Assembly (NCBI GenBank): GCA_964016885.1
Contig: OZ024741.1
Coordinates: 310,372,001 to 310,436,000, forward strand
Origin: Eledone cirrhosa
Taxonomy: Eukaryota
DNA: 64,000 bases
Reading direction: 5' to 3'
Position numbers and translations under genes: made by a program. Position 1 is the first letter of the stretch; each line of letters opens with the position of its first letter. Below are positions 1 through 13,285 of this stretch, piece by piece. The notes under the pieces are model-generated. The model made no database searches and was not told the origin of the DNA. It saw nothing but the letters and a program-made list of their open reading frames with translations.

Positions 1-8
1 TGTTATCA

Positions 9-52
9 ACTCCGATGGATCGGTCTTGTGCTAGGATGAAACGATCGTCAGT
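9..52 (+). ncRNA. Decayed minimal type-I hammerhead ribozyme motif (end of a PLE pseudo-LTR)
   Basis: act-CCGATGG-atc...gat-GAAA-cgatcg-TC-agt: stems I/II/III and the GAAA/GUC boxes are present, but the CUGAUGA box has two mismatches; (TA)n follows. Confidence 0.45.
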
Positions 53-104
53 GATCAAATGTTTGAAAGTTTAAACACTCTTTGATTTCCACTTACATAG
101 TATA

Positions 105-153
<49 letters not shown>

Positions 154-156
<3 letters not shown>

Positions 157-1699
157 ATTTTTAATTGAAATACCATTAAAATGTCTTACTCTTCAACTCC
201 TAAAATTCCACATAACATCACTGCTTCAAATTTAGCTAAATAACCTAGCCGTAGGAACACGTGCAACCCTGTAGCTAGTACTAACTGTAATTGTAGGAAT
301 CGGGTTGACTGCCCCCTCTCCGGGAAATGCCTCTCGTGTAACATTGTCTACAACTGTAAGGTCGAGACCCACGCTCCGTAGGGCCTACATCGGATTAACA
401 CCCAATTGATTCCAGCAGCGTCTTTACATGCACACCCATTCTTTTCTTAACCGTTTAAGAGGGAACATGACGTCACTTTTAGCTTATATCTGGAGTCTAA
501 AAGCAACCACACAGAATATAGGTTACACTGGGAGATCGTAGCTGAGGCTAGATCGTATAACGGAAATAAAAGACCATGCGATCTTTGCGCCGCTGAAGCC
601 TTGGAAATACTCTACGCCAATGACCACATCTTAAACAAAGAATATGAGGCAATTTCGGCTTGTAAACACAAATTGCATAAAACTTTCCTGTATTACAGCC
701 CCACATTATACCTTAACGGACAGTACGAACAATACGCGGATAATTTACGTCTTGATGTGGTAGCTAAGTATATTTTATGTTTATACCATTACTTATTTGT
801 ATAGGTAAGTGTATATTACCTGTATGTTTTGCGAAGGTACGTATACTTACTCGTACGTATATTTGCTTGTATTTGGTATAGGTGCATATATTATATTATA
901 TATACTGGTACATGTGTATATGGTTATGTGTATATGTGTATTTTGTGTTTGTGTGTGTATGCGGGTTTGCACATATGTAAGGTGTTTATGTGTACTTTGT
1001 GTTTTGGTTGACGTGCGTTTAGTGAACATATATGTATTTACCTGTAGGAATGTGTGTGCGTGCGTTATATACGTATTTATGTGTGTATATTTATATGTTT
1101 ATATAATTATATGAATACACGCACACATACACATATCTATTTTTTTATGTGTATTTGATGTATACGTTCGTATGTGTGCGGGTACAGGTGTCGCGTAGGT
1201 TTTTGCATGTGTGCGCGTGTTTATGTGTACGTGCTTGTATATGCATACCATGGCGGGTATTTTCGCGTATGCATGGGTATGTACGTATATGGATGCGTGT
1301 ATGTATATATTTAATTATTGTTGATTTCAATAACCTCTGTTATTTTCGTTCTACAAATTTATTTACATTATTCTTAACTCTGAAGCCGAGAATCATTCGG
1401 TTTCCTAAATAGAATATTAGACTACGACTTCATTTATACCATAAACGTGGTTTTGTCTATGCGTGTAATTGTTCTCTCGTTCCACATAATGTCGTATTAT
1501 CTTCGCTTTTTTCCGTTCATTGTCAGGGAATGTCTCCACGAACCAAAGTATCGTCTTCCTGTTTTCTTTCGGTTGCAACGTTTTTCGAAATATTTACTTC
1601 TGCGTCCACAGAATAATTTTTTTTTGTTTAAGAAAATCCCGTTAAGGGTGAAAGCAGCGATTCTTTGCTTAAACTTTAATCTGTTATTTTAATAAATAA

Positions 1700-1700
<1 letters not shown>
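154..1700 (+). mobile_element. Penelope-like element 3' fragment (GIY-YIG endonuclease remnant plus TG-rich 3' region)
   Basis: Broken frame reads TNCNCRNRVDCPLSGKCLS.NIVYNCKV...YIGLT...HSF...TSLLAYIWSLK...WEIVAEARSY...CDLCAAE..EILY...CKHK. Same family as 59720-60780. Ends in (TA)n. Confidence 0.85.
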
Positions 1701-1734
<34 letters not shown>

Positions 1735-1741
<7 letters not shown>

Positions 1742-2487
1742 TTATGTAATAAACAGCATAAGGCAATTATTTCATTTACCAGTGGTTTCTTGAAAGCAAA
1801 CAAATTTTGCTTTCAATCATCAGAATGAAAAAATCCTGGTGTATTTATTGACATTGGATTTTAAAAACAAAAATATAATCGATATGAAAGTGAGGCTGGA
1901 AAAGGAAGAAGGAAAGGAAAAATAAACACTCATGCACACACACACACACAATTACATACACATATATATATACATACATATACATATATATTTATACATA
2001 CATACATACGTACACATGTACATACACGTGCAAATACACATACATATACATATACATACACAGACACATATATATCAACATATCCATACATACACATACA
2101 CACACACATAAATGTATATATATATATATATACATACACATAATCATACATATATACACACGTACATACACACCCATACATACACACCCATACATACACA
2201 CATATATATACACGCATACATACGCAAACACAAATATAGATATATGTACACACACCTACATACGCACAAACACAATTAATTAAAAGAAAAAATATAATAA
2301 TAAAAATACCGTCACATAAGAATAAATGTAAAAATTATTATAAAGTTGACAGCGATACAGGCAACAAATAAATGAACAAACACACATGGTAAGCAATAAA
2401 CACAATTGCACATACACATACATACATAAGAATAAATACACACACACTCACATACACATACATATACACATACATACACATATACAT

Positions 2488-2536
<49 letters not shown>

Positions 2537-2650
2537 TATATATATACATACATATACACACACATACTTATAAATACATAAACACACATGTATGTGTGTA
2601 AAACTCATTCTTAGATGTATTCATTGAACTTTGTTTAACTCTTAAATATA
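1735..2650 (-). repeat. HHR-tipped, microsatellite-rich non-coding element (inverted partner at 4077-7115)
   Basis: Reverse complement aligns colinearly with 4077-4200, 4500-4890 and 6700-7115, including the unique anchors 'tatcgctgtcaactttataataatttttac' and 'aaatccaatgtcaataaatacaccagg'. Confidence 0.85.
1770..1830 (-). ncRNA. Type-I hammerhead ribozyme
   Basis: Minus strand: tttcatt-CTGATGA-ttgaaagcaaa(atttg)tttgctttcaa-GAAA-cc act gg-TA-aatgaaa. Perfect core, 7-bp stem I, 11-bp stem II. Confidence 0.9.
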
Positions 2651-2949
2651 TATATATTTACATACATATATATATATATATATATATGTATACATATACA
2701 TACATATACACACATACATATATATAAGAAAATACATAAATATTATATATATATAAAAATAAAAAGGTGAAAGGGGTAAACAAATAGTTGGGAATACGAC
2801 AAATAATAAATAAATAAATAATTAGAAAAGGGTATAAATGTTTATAGCTGGTTTAGAGCATTCAACAAGTCCCTGGAGCAAATCATCAATGAAAATAAGC
2901 ATTAAATCACTGTATGTAATTATGCATATACATACACATGCATATATAC

Positions 2950-4080
<1,131 letters not shown>

Positions 4081-4449
4081 TTTAAGAGTTGAACAAGGTT
4101 TAATGAATACATCTAAGAATGAGTTTTACACACATACATGTGTGTGTATGTATTTATATGTATGTATATGTGTATATGTATGTATATATATGTGTATATA
4201 TATATGTGTATATGTATGTATATGTGTATATATATATTATCAAGAAAACGAAATATCAGTGATTCATCTGGACTTAGTTTATTTCGTGTTACAAATGTTT
4301 CGCCGGCATGTAGCTCGAAATAAACTAAGTCCAGATGCATCACTGATTTTTCATTTTCTTGATAATATATACACTCTACTCTGATGAATATCGAGTGCTA
4401 ATTTTGGCATACCGCCTACGGAAGCAACATAGCTACCACTATACACATA

Positions 4450-4530
<81 letters not shown>

Positions 4531-4886
4531 ATGTATATGTGTATGTGATGTATGTGTATATGTATATGTGTGTGTGTGAATTTATTTTTATGTATGTATC
4601 TGTATGTGCAATTGTGTGTATTGCTTACCATGTGTGTTTGTTCATTTATTTGTTGCCTGTATCGCTGTCAACTTTATAATAATTTTTACATTTATTTTTA
4701 TTCTTATGTGACGGTATTTTTATTATTATATTTTTTCTTATAATTAATTGTGTGTGTGCGTATATAGGTGTGTGTACATATATCTATATTTGTGTATGCG
4801 TATGTATGCGTGTATATATGTGTGTATGTATGTGTTTGGATGTACGTGGGTATATATGTATGATTATGTGTATATATATATATATA

Positions 4887-4947
<61 letters not shown>

Positions 4948-4950
<3 letters not shown>

Positions 4951-6679
4951 GGAAAAATTTGAACAGGAACAAAACAGAGAGGCAGTACAACGAATGTTTA
5001 TTAATTTCACGCTCTGGAGAGTGGGGTGGTGGTGGGGAACGACGTTTCGGGCATAAGCCCTTCCTCAGGTGAGAAGTGTGTGGGAACAGAGTTCAAAGGG
5101 TGTGTAGGGGAGTGGTGGAGAGACATATAGCGAAAGGAAACGGTGCGAATGAAATTAAAAATAAAAATAAAAATAAAGCATGATCAAAATACAAGGAATG
5201 AAATAAAATTAAATATAACAGCATGATCAAAATAAACTGAAATTAAAAGGGGGGTAAAACAGGTGGTGGAAGGGTGTGGGGTGTGAAGGGGTGGTGGCGG
5301 GTGGAGTGGGGAGAGGGAGACGGGGTGTCCGAGCGGGGAGGGCTGAAGGTGTTGTGTGTGTGTAGGTGTACGTGTGTGTGTGTATGTGAAAGTAAGGGTT
5401 GGGGGAAGAACGGGGTTGCATGTTCAGGAAGAGGTGTGTGTGTGTGTGTGTGGGGGGGGGGGTTGTAGGTCGGAGTGTCTGTGCGTGTGTGGATAGAGGG
5501 GTGGGGGAGAGGAATCAGGAGGCTGAGGGTGTAAATATGTGGTGGAAAGCACGTGTGTGTGGGGTTTAAGCGTGTTGTGGGTGTAGGTGGCGTGTGGAGA
5601 AAAATTTTTTTGGGGTGTGTGTGTGGGTGAGTTATATATGTGATTCCGTAAGAGGATGGTTGAAAAGTTGGTAAAATCCTATGATGTTTAGTGGATTCTG
5701 TGGTGGTCAAGTTCCACATACGAGTATTCCATGAAGAGATGGTCGGAAGAGGAGAGATGTGGGGTGCGCGCACAATAGGAAATGGTCAAGCAGTGAGAGT
5801 GCTGTGTGTCTGTTTGTGCTGGGAGGTGGTCAGAGGGCATAGCAGCAGTCGGTGGAATGGTAAAGAGGCGAGGATGGGTAGGTGTGAAAGTGGGAGTGAG
5901 GAGGGTGTGTGTGTGTGTATTAGTAGAGGTGTTAGGATGAGTGAGTGTGGCGCGAGGGTGTGGGTGGAGCGGGGAGAGAAGGGTGTGTGTAGTTCTATGG
6001 AGGGAGTGTGGTGTACTGGTGTGTGTGTAGTTTGATGAAGGGGTGTTAGTGGGTGTTAGTATACGGGAGGTGGGGAAGGGTTGAATGCAGGTGTGAGTGG
6101 GGGTTAGTGGTGGTAGGGTGTGTAGAGTTGGTGGTGTACGAGGGTGTGTGGGTACGTGTGCGTGGGGTTGGGGATGTTAGTGATGTTAGTTGCGTGTGGG
6201 GTGGGTGGTGTAAGTGGGTGCGTGTGTTCGTGTGCTTAGGGTCAGGGGGTGTTAGTGAGGTTAGTTGCGGGGTGGTGGGATGGAGGTGTGGGCGTGAGAG
6301 GTGTGGGGTTGAGGGTTAGTGGTGGTAGTAGGGTGTGTGTTTAGTGTGAGCGCGTGTATATATGTGCCGGTGGGTGTGTGCTTGTGATAAGGAGGGGGGA
6401 GGAGAAGAAGAAGGGAGGGATGTTAGTATGTTAGTTGGGGAAGGGTGGTCGGATGAGGGGTGGAGTGGAGGTGTTAGTATTGTTAGTTATGGGGTGGGCG
6501 GTGAAAAGGAGGGGTGTGTTAGTGGTGTTAGTGGGGGATAAGTGTGGGGGGAGGGGGGCGGTCGAAGGCTATAGGAATAAGGGTGGGGAGTTCAGGCCGG
6601 GGGGAGTGTGGGTCTGTAAGATGAAGATAGTTCTTTGTTCGACTCTAAGGCGATTGGCGGGTGTTCCGTGGCATTGGAG

Positions 6680-6680
<1 letters not shown>
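4948..6680 (-). mobile_element. 3' fragment of the Neptune-like PLE (copy of 53730-55480), inserted in (TA)n
   Basis: Colinear high similarity with 53730-55480 from 'aatggaaaaatttgaacagg' to 'gttccgtggca.tggagt'; (TA)n on both sides. Confidence 0.9.
5039..5070 (-). ncRNA. Minimal hammerhead ribozyme (PLE type)
   Basis: Minus strand: ac-CTGAGGA-a gggc ttat gccc-GAAA-cg-TC-gt; identical copy at 53821-53852. Confidence 0.8.
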
Positions 6681-6710
<30 letters not shown>

Positions 6711-7031
6711 GTGTGTGTGTGTGTTTGTGTATTTGTGTGTATGTGTATGTATGGATACGTTGATATATATGTGTGTATGTATGTATATGTATATGTATGT
6801 GTATTTGTACGTGTATGTATATGTGTATGTATGTATGTATGTATATATATATATATATATATGTGTATATGTATGTATATATATGTGTATGTATATATGT
6901 GTGTATGTAATTGTGTGTGTGTGTGTGCATGTGTGTTTATTTTTCCTTTCCTTCTTCCTTTTCCAGCCTCACTCTCATATAGATTATATTTTTGTTTTTA
7001 AAATCCAATGTCAATAAATACACCAGGATTT

Positions 7032-7092
7032 TTTCATTCTGATGATTGAAAGCAAAATTTGTTTGCTTTTAAGAAACCACTGGTAAATGAAA
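7032..7092 (+). ncRNA. Type-I hammerhead ribozyme
   Basis: tttcatt-CTGATGA-ttgaaagcaaa...tttgcttttaa-GAAA-ccactgg-TA-aatgaaa; second copy of 1770-1830. Confidence 0.9.
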
Positions 7093-7277
7093 TAATTGCC
7101 TTATCTTGTTTATTAGATAACTATTAAGCTCTGTAACCTACATAGAGCCTCTTTTTTCCTGGACCGTTCCGACGGAATTACTTCATTCATACATATATAT
7201 ATTATATATATATATATTATATACACACACACACATATATATATAATGTGTGTGTGTCTGTATGTGTATGTGTGTGT

Positions 7278-7495
7278 TGTGAAGGCGTGTGGCTGAGATG
7301 TTAGAGAATTGGATTCGCAATCGTGAGGTTGTGAGTTCGATTGTCGGACCGGGCGCTGCGTTGTCCTTGAGCAAGACACTTTATTTTTACGATGCTCGTT
7401 CTACCTGGAGTTGCCACCGATACATAGTATTAGCAATTGGAAAGACCAATGGAAACATTGTTTCCTTGGTCCGATTTGACGAATGTCGATTATTC
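7278..7495 (+). mobile_element. tRNA-derived SINE
   Basis: A-box-like 'gtggctgagatgttag', B-box-like 'gagttcgatt', and the 'tgtccttgagcaagacactt' core common in invertebrate SINEs; flanked by microsatellites. Confidence 0.7.
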
Positions 7496-7499
7496 CTTC

Positions 7500-7605
<106 letters not shown>

Positions 7606-7879
7606 TGTTTCTGTATTTCTCTCTCTCTTCCTCTCACTCTAAATTCATGCCAGTTAATGTACAACCTCCCTAACGAAAAATATGTCCCTTGTACGCAATA
7701 CCATTAATTCACACCAACATAAAGTAAACCATGGTTTTGAGAACATCTGTCAATATGAAGAAGATAACGTTCTCAAAAGAAACACTTCTGTCAGTACATA
7801 CAACTATTACATAATGTCGTACCTTGTACTCTCTAATTATGATTAACATACACTTAAGACTTTCAACATTGATACGAAT

Positions 7880-8320
7880 ATTGGAATATCTGATGAAACC
7901 TAAGAACTAACACATGAACAAATTGTTTCACACACATTAAATTCCCTATATAGAGCCAGAAAATACATCAATCCCACTCAATTTCTAACACTCTACAAGG
8001 TTCAACATAAACCCACATTAGACTACAGCTCAAATCTCCACAACAATGCTATAGCTACTCACAATCACTATTGAGCAAATCAGAAAAGACAGTCATAGAC
8101 TTGCCGTCTGTTATTTTTCGTTCTGTTTACATCATTAGTATAATGATCTGTTGCTCTGCTGTAGATATTTGCATAACTTTTTCACCTTATGCGTATTCAT
8201 CGTATCCTAACCAACACTCATACTTTTTCTTCTTAACATTGTTCTCTCCCCATTCAAGGATTCCCACAATCCATCCTGTCCAAAGCAATGCCCGTCTAGT
8301 TTTATTTCCCGGCTCATGTT
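7880..8320 (+). mobile_element. Heavily decayed LINE (CR1/Jockey-like) RT C-terminal remnant
   Basis: Reads LTLYKVQHKPTLDYSS, resembling the LYK.Q.RP.LEY.S motif. The rest is too degenerate to call. Confidence 0.35.
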
Positions 8321-9773
8321 TTTAACAATGATTTACAGATGTTCAACCTGAACATCAAACAAGACATTCAGACGAGAGTGTCATGTGGGATTTCCCTCTG
8401 ATTTTCACAATCTTTTAAAGAAAAAGATGTGAAAATCTGATGCTCAACTTTTTATTATTGTTTAATGAATTAAAATTTTTGATAGTTTCCATTATTAATA
8501 TTATAAATATAGAAAGAGAAATGCGACACATTTAAGTTGCAAGTAACCCTTCCTTTGATATCTGTAGATCATCCAGCTGGAAAACTGTAGTAGACTACTT
8601 TCTTCTACCGAAGGCCTGTAATGATTTGAAAGAAAAAATGAGTTAAAAATAAGCCCCAACAGAAAATATAGTCTTTTAAAACGTCGCGTACATAGTCTTT
8701 TATAAAATATAGTCTTTTAAAACGTCGCGTCTGCTTTGTCTAGTTAAAAATATATAATGGGAGATATTTTATCTTTGCCCTTCTTGAAAGTCAGTGGAAC
8801 TATACGGTAGAAGATGATCCTGAAAGGAACACAGCAAGCTATCATGTTATTCTCACACTGAACCAAAAATGTTCATTCATGTGAAATACGTTAATTGTAC
8901 CCAATAATAACATTTGGGTCTTAAATAGGGTGGCTAGACATCTGAGCAACCCACACAAATGTATAAAGAGATATACTATTTCAAATGGTACCACCACAAG
9001 AGATTTTATCTCACTGATCTCGAGCCACATATCGTCTCTGTTATGTGATTTATTGACAGATATATACAGATGTAGCTGAGGATGTCATGCTTATTCTAAG
9101 TAGTTAGTTACACGTTTGCAAGGCAACCAATGAAGTAGTCTCTCAAAAACTAAGAGAGGGCGTGATGTTAAGAAAGGAGAGATGGGTTAGAAAAAGAGAA
9201 AGAGGAAAAGTGAAAGTGAAAAAAAGTGAACAGAAAGAAATGAAGAAATGAGAAGTGAGCGTACGTAGAGAAGATTATAAAACAATGTTGTTTTAGTTGG
9301 TCGTATCTATTGTAGTCTATCGACCAATGTTTCCTACTTTTTAAAAAACAGTAAAGATGTAAGATATTTCTTCATTTATTAGTGGACATAAGATTAATCG
9401 CTCAATATTTAAACAAACAACCTATTTTTCGAACAATTGTGTGTCTTGCAATTTTTTTTGAATTTACGTAAATTTAATTGAACAATGCCAACGCACGTAA
9501 TTGACAATAAACAATATACAAAAAGCCGGGATGGATGAATGGACGGATGGATGGACGGACAAATGGATAGAAGGACGCACGGGCCGACAGGGCAGACATA
9601 TAGATAGATTGGTAGATAGATATATTTCTTTATTTGCTACAAGGGCGCACAAGAAAAGGGGACAATACAAAGTCACATGCCGGGGATTTTACATACAGTC
9701 GTGTAAAAATATTGAAACAAACAATTATAACAATCGAAATCCTCAATAGGGGGAAGCGCCACAAATGGGGTGT

Positions 9774-9858
9774 TTAATACCCCGTCGATAGAACAACCCT
9801 CAACTTAAGGAGCGTGTTGTGCAAGTGCTCCTTTCTTACTTTTGCTCTCTTCTTTAAC
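9774..9858 (-). CDS. Predicted spliced 3' exon of Tx1 ORF1 (RLKKRAKVRKEHLHNTLLKLRVVLSTGY*), copy A
   Basis: Begins right after ccttctctgtttataagcctgtag| (the ORF2 stop). Phase 2 matches the donor at 13330. Frame and TAA conserved in copies B and C, and in D apart from a 1-nt insertion. Confidence 0.6.
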
Positions 9859-12800
9859 CTACAGGCTTATAAACAGAGAAGGCCCAATCCCTCGGGCCAT
9901 TTTCGCTTCATTCACCCACCTTTCAGTAAATTTACTGGGGTGTAGTGCCTCTCTCTCCACTCTGATTCTCCTTCTAAAGTGATACTTAAAGAAGGAAATC
10001 AATTGCTGTCCGGAGAGAAAGGCATCTGTCCTCAGTCCTCTCAATCTCGTCCACCATATAACCTCTTTCACCATAGCCACTGTACAGAGGAAAACCGCCT
10101 CTCTTTCGTTCTTGAAAGAGACTAGCGGTTTGATCCTTACTATGGACTCGGCAGTCAACTGGATTTGTCCCATACGCGACAGCAGTTGTTCTGCATAGTT
10201 CCACAGGTCGCTTACGCCCGGGCAGTGTACAATTGCGTGCAAGACGGTTTCAATGTCCTGCTCGCACCTTGGACACGTCCTCTTGGAATGATCCCTGCCG
10301 GGGCGTCCGTGCCTGTAGATCTTATCTCGAACGGGTAGAGCTCCTCGGTAGCACTGCCAGGCCAGGGACCTCTGAAAGTTGTCCATAGGTCCCGGTCTGA
10401 AAGTCCTACCGAACAGACTGGTGAGCTCGTCGTCTTCGACACCTAGAGTCTCCCCCAGCACGTCGTCGCACTTGTAAAGTACTAACCCTCTATAGAATGT
10501 CGAAGTGGAGTCTCCACTGATTGCTGTGCCCGCTTGACAGAGGACTCTTAGAGCCTGGGTTCATTCAATATGCCAGGCGCCCATCTTCTTCTGTCTTCGA
10601 TTGACCCAGGACTGCAGCTCCGTCAGCGAGACAAGGTGTGGGAAGGCCTATCTCACAAACGGTGACCACACCGGCTGGTCGGTGAGGAATATCTGGAGAT
10701 GCCGTAGCCTCAGCGCATGTTTGCGCATCATTAGACACGGCATGCCCGGACCTCCGTTGGAAGGGTGCTGGCTGCAGACGGATTTCTTCACCAGTGGAGC
10801 CTGCTTCTTCCAAAGAAATTGGAAGAGAATGCATTCCATCTTGGTGAGGTGTTCACGGGGACTAGGCACGACGCTCAAGCGGTAGTAGATGACTGATGCT
10901 ATGAAAGTGTTAGCCACCTCCGCTCGACCTTTCAAGTATAGTTTTCACTCTGCCCACTTCTGGGTGAGCGCAAACACCTTGGCCGTGATCTCGTTCCAGT
11001 TTTTCTCCATCTGGAGGTCTGGACTGAACCAGACCCCGAGCAATTTCACCGGTCCGTCCGTCCATCGTCCATCGACGCTGTCGGACAGCATTTTTTTTGC
11101 CTCTCCCACGCTCCGAATTGCAAACCGACAGACTTGTCCGGGTTCAGTCTTGCTCCTGTGAACCTTTCGTATTCCTGTAATAGGTTGCCGATTACCTAGC
11201 TTTCCGAGGTTTTCCACACCATTACCGTCACGTTGTCGCCATAAGCCGACGCCGCTTTTCGCAGACCCGATTCTAAAGGGATGCCCTGCAACAGCTCCAA
11301 CTTCCGCAGTAGTGGCTCTAGAGTCAATACGTACAGAATGGAGGAGAGAGGTCATCCCTGCCGAATGGAACGCGTAATTGCGAACGGCTCCGATAGGTAG
11401 CCGTTCACCTTGACCCTCGAGCAGATGCTGGTGTGCATCGCCTTGATCCAGCCTCTAAAATCGCGACCGAAACCGGCCGCCTTGGAAACCGCTTCCAAGT
11501 ATCGATGGTCGACCATATCGAATGCCTTAGACTGATCTAAATTGATCAGAGACCCACCGAAGCCGGGTTTACAACCAACCCTCTTTATGATGTATCGTAT
11601 GAGGTGGAGGTTGTTGTGTATTGACCTGGTCGGGATTGCACACGTTTGCGCTTTCCCAACCAGGTTTTCGACGACAAGCGCCAGCCTCGCTGCTAGCACC
11701 TTGGCCAAAATCTTTAACTCTGTGTTGAGCAGAGTTATGGCCCTGAAATTGTTTATTTCGGCCCCTTGTCCTCGTCTTTCCTGATCAGCGTTACTACGCC
11801 CTTGCCTGCAGAACTGGGAATTTTCCCGTTCTGCTGCCAATTGCAGTAGACTGCTTCGAGGACGCCAGAGAACAAGTCCGGCATGCTTTTATAAAACTTC
11901 TAGGGTAGACCATCTAAACCGGGTGATTTGCGTTTCCCGCAGCGGCTTCGAGCGTCCCGTATCTCAGTGTCCGTGATCGGTCTTTCGCAGAACTCGGCGT
12001 CCGTGTTCCAGAGATGCGGCAGGCTGTCGAGGTATGAACTAAAGTCCATTGCCCCGTTCGGCTCACCGTCGTTCTGCTCAAACAGTCGCGCAAAGTGCCG
12101 CTGAAAGGCCGCGCACATTTGCTTGGGGTCAAGTAGCACGCGTCCGTTTTGGTCTATCAAAGACCGAATCGTGGACTTGTTGCCACTTTTTGCCTCCGCC
12201 ACTCGGGCCCAGCTGACAGCTTTCGCTCCTTCGTTTCCTAGAGCACGTGTTTTGCTTCTGACCACGCAGCCTTCGTGTTTCGCATCGAAGAACTGGTCCA
12301 GTGCCGTTCTCGACGCTAGCACTCTAGCCGCGTTGCAACTCCCAGGCCCCTCCTCTACCTTGGCTACTAGTTCTCTTTCTATTCTGTTTTTCTCTAAGGC
12401 TAACTCTCTGCTATACCCTATCGATTCTATTCTAATTGCTTTCTTGAGAGAGTACCACCATCTATTGTTGACGATGGCTCCCGTAAACTGTTGCTTGACT
12501 AGTCTACTTATCCGATCACTGTAAGCTTTACGTGCCGGCAACGACACGTTCAGCTTCCAGTATCCGCGACCCTGTCTATGTATTCTATCACGGTTGACTA
12601 AGCAGACGACTAACTTGTGATCTGAATAGGCAACCATGTGCATTCGTGGACAGCTTAACATCTCCTTGTCCCTTTCTCTAAATACGATCTAGATGTCCCA
12701 CTGCGGTTTGCCCACGTCCACTGTGGTGTAGTCGGGAAATCCAGTCGATACCTATCGGCCAGTTGGAATTGGCCGATTAAAGTTTTGAGGCTGTTGCACC

Positions 12801-13285
12801 CCGCTCTACTGGGACATGCTCCCACATAGTCCCATCGTGCATCTAGGATACCATTCCAGTCCCCCACTAAAAGTAAGGAGTGAGACGTTCCCAGAAAAGA
12901 CTCTAGACGCTTAAAGAAGTCTGGCCGTGATTGCGATTATCCGGTCGGGGCATAAACGGCCACCAGTCTGAAGGCTCCACCTCCGATATTGTTCATGTCT
13001 AGGACTACCAGTCTATTCTCCGGGTCCAAGTGTACTTGCTGTACTCCGACGTCCAGGTTCTTCCGAAACATGACAGTCACTCCACCTCCACCCCCTGGCT
13101 GACAGAGAAGCGTAAATCTCAAAGTCGTCGAAGATGGGGGTTAGTTGCTGCCTGTTGTGGATCCTGGACTCGGTGATGGCTATCACATCCATACTGTGTG
13201 ACCTAAGGTCGTTTAAAAGTTGGCCCTGATTCCAGGGCATCCCTAGGCCACGCACATTCACGGTTCCAACTCGTAAACTAGCCAT
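9859..13285 (-). pseudogene. Tx1 copy A ORF2 (APE endonuclease-RT-zinc knuckle), disrupted
   Basis: Chain of minus-strand ORFs 13013-13330, 12937-13122, 12655-12867, 11900-12661, 11352-11840, 10945-11355, 10648-10935, 9859-10461. Confidence 0.92.

Noticed and set aside
4378-4445. CTGATGA as a hammerhead
   Set aside because: No matching GAAA box or stem I partner found.
8550-8830. Candidate terminal host exons after minus-strand acceptors at about 8615 and 8821
   Set aside because: In the required phase they give immediate stops and no recognisable peptide; unsupported without RNA data.
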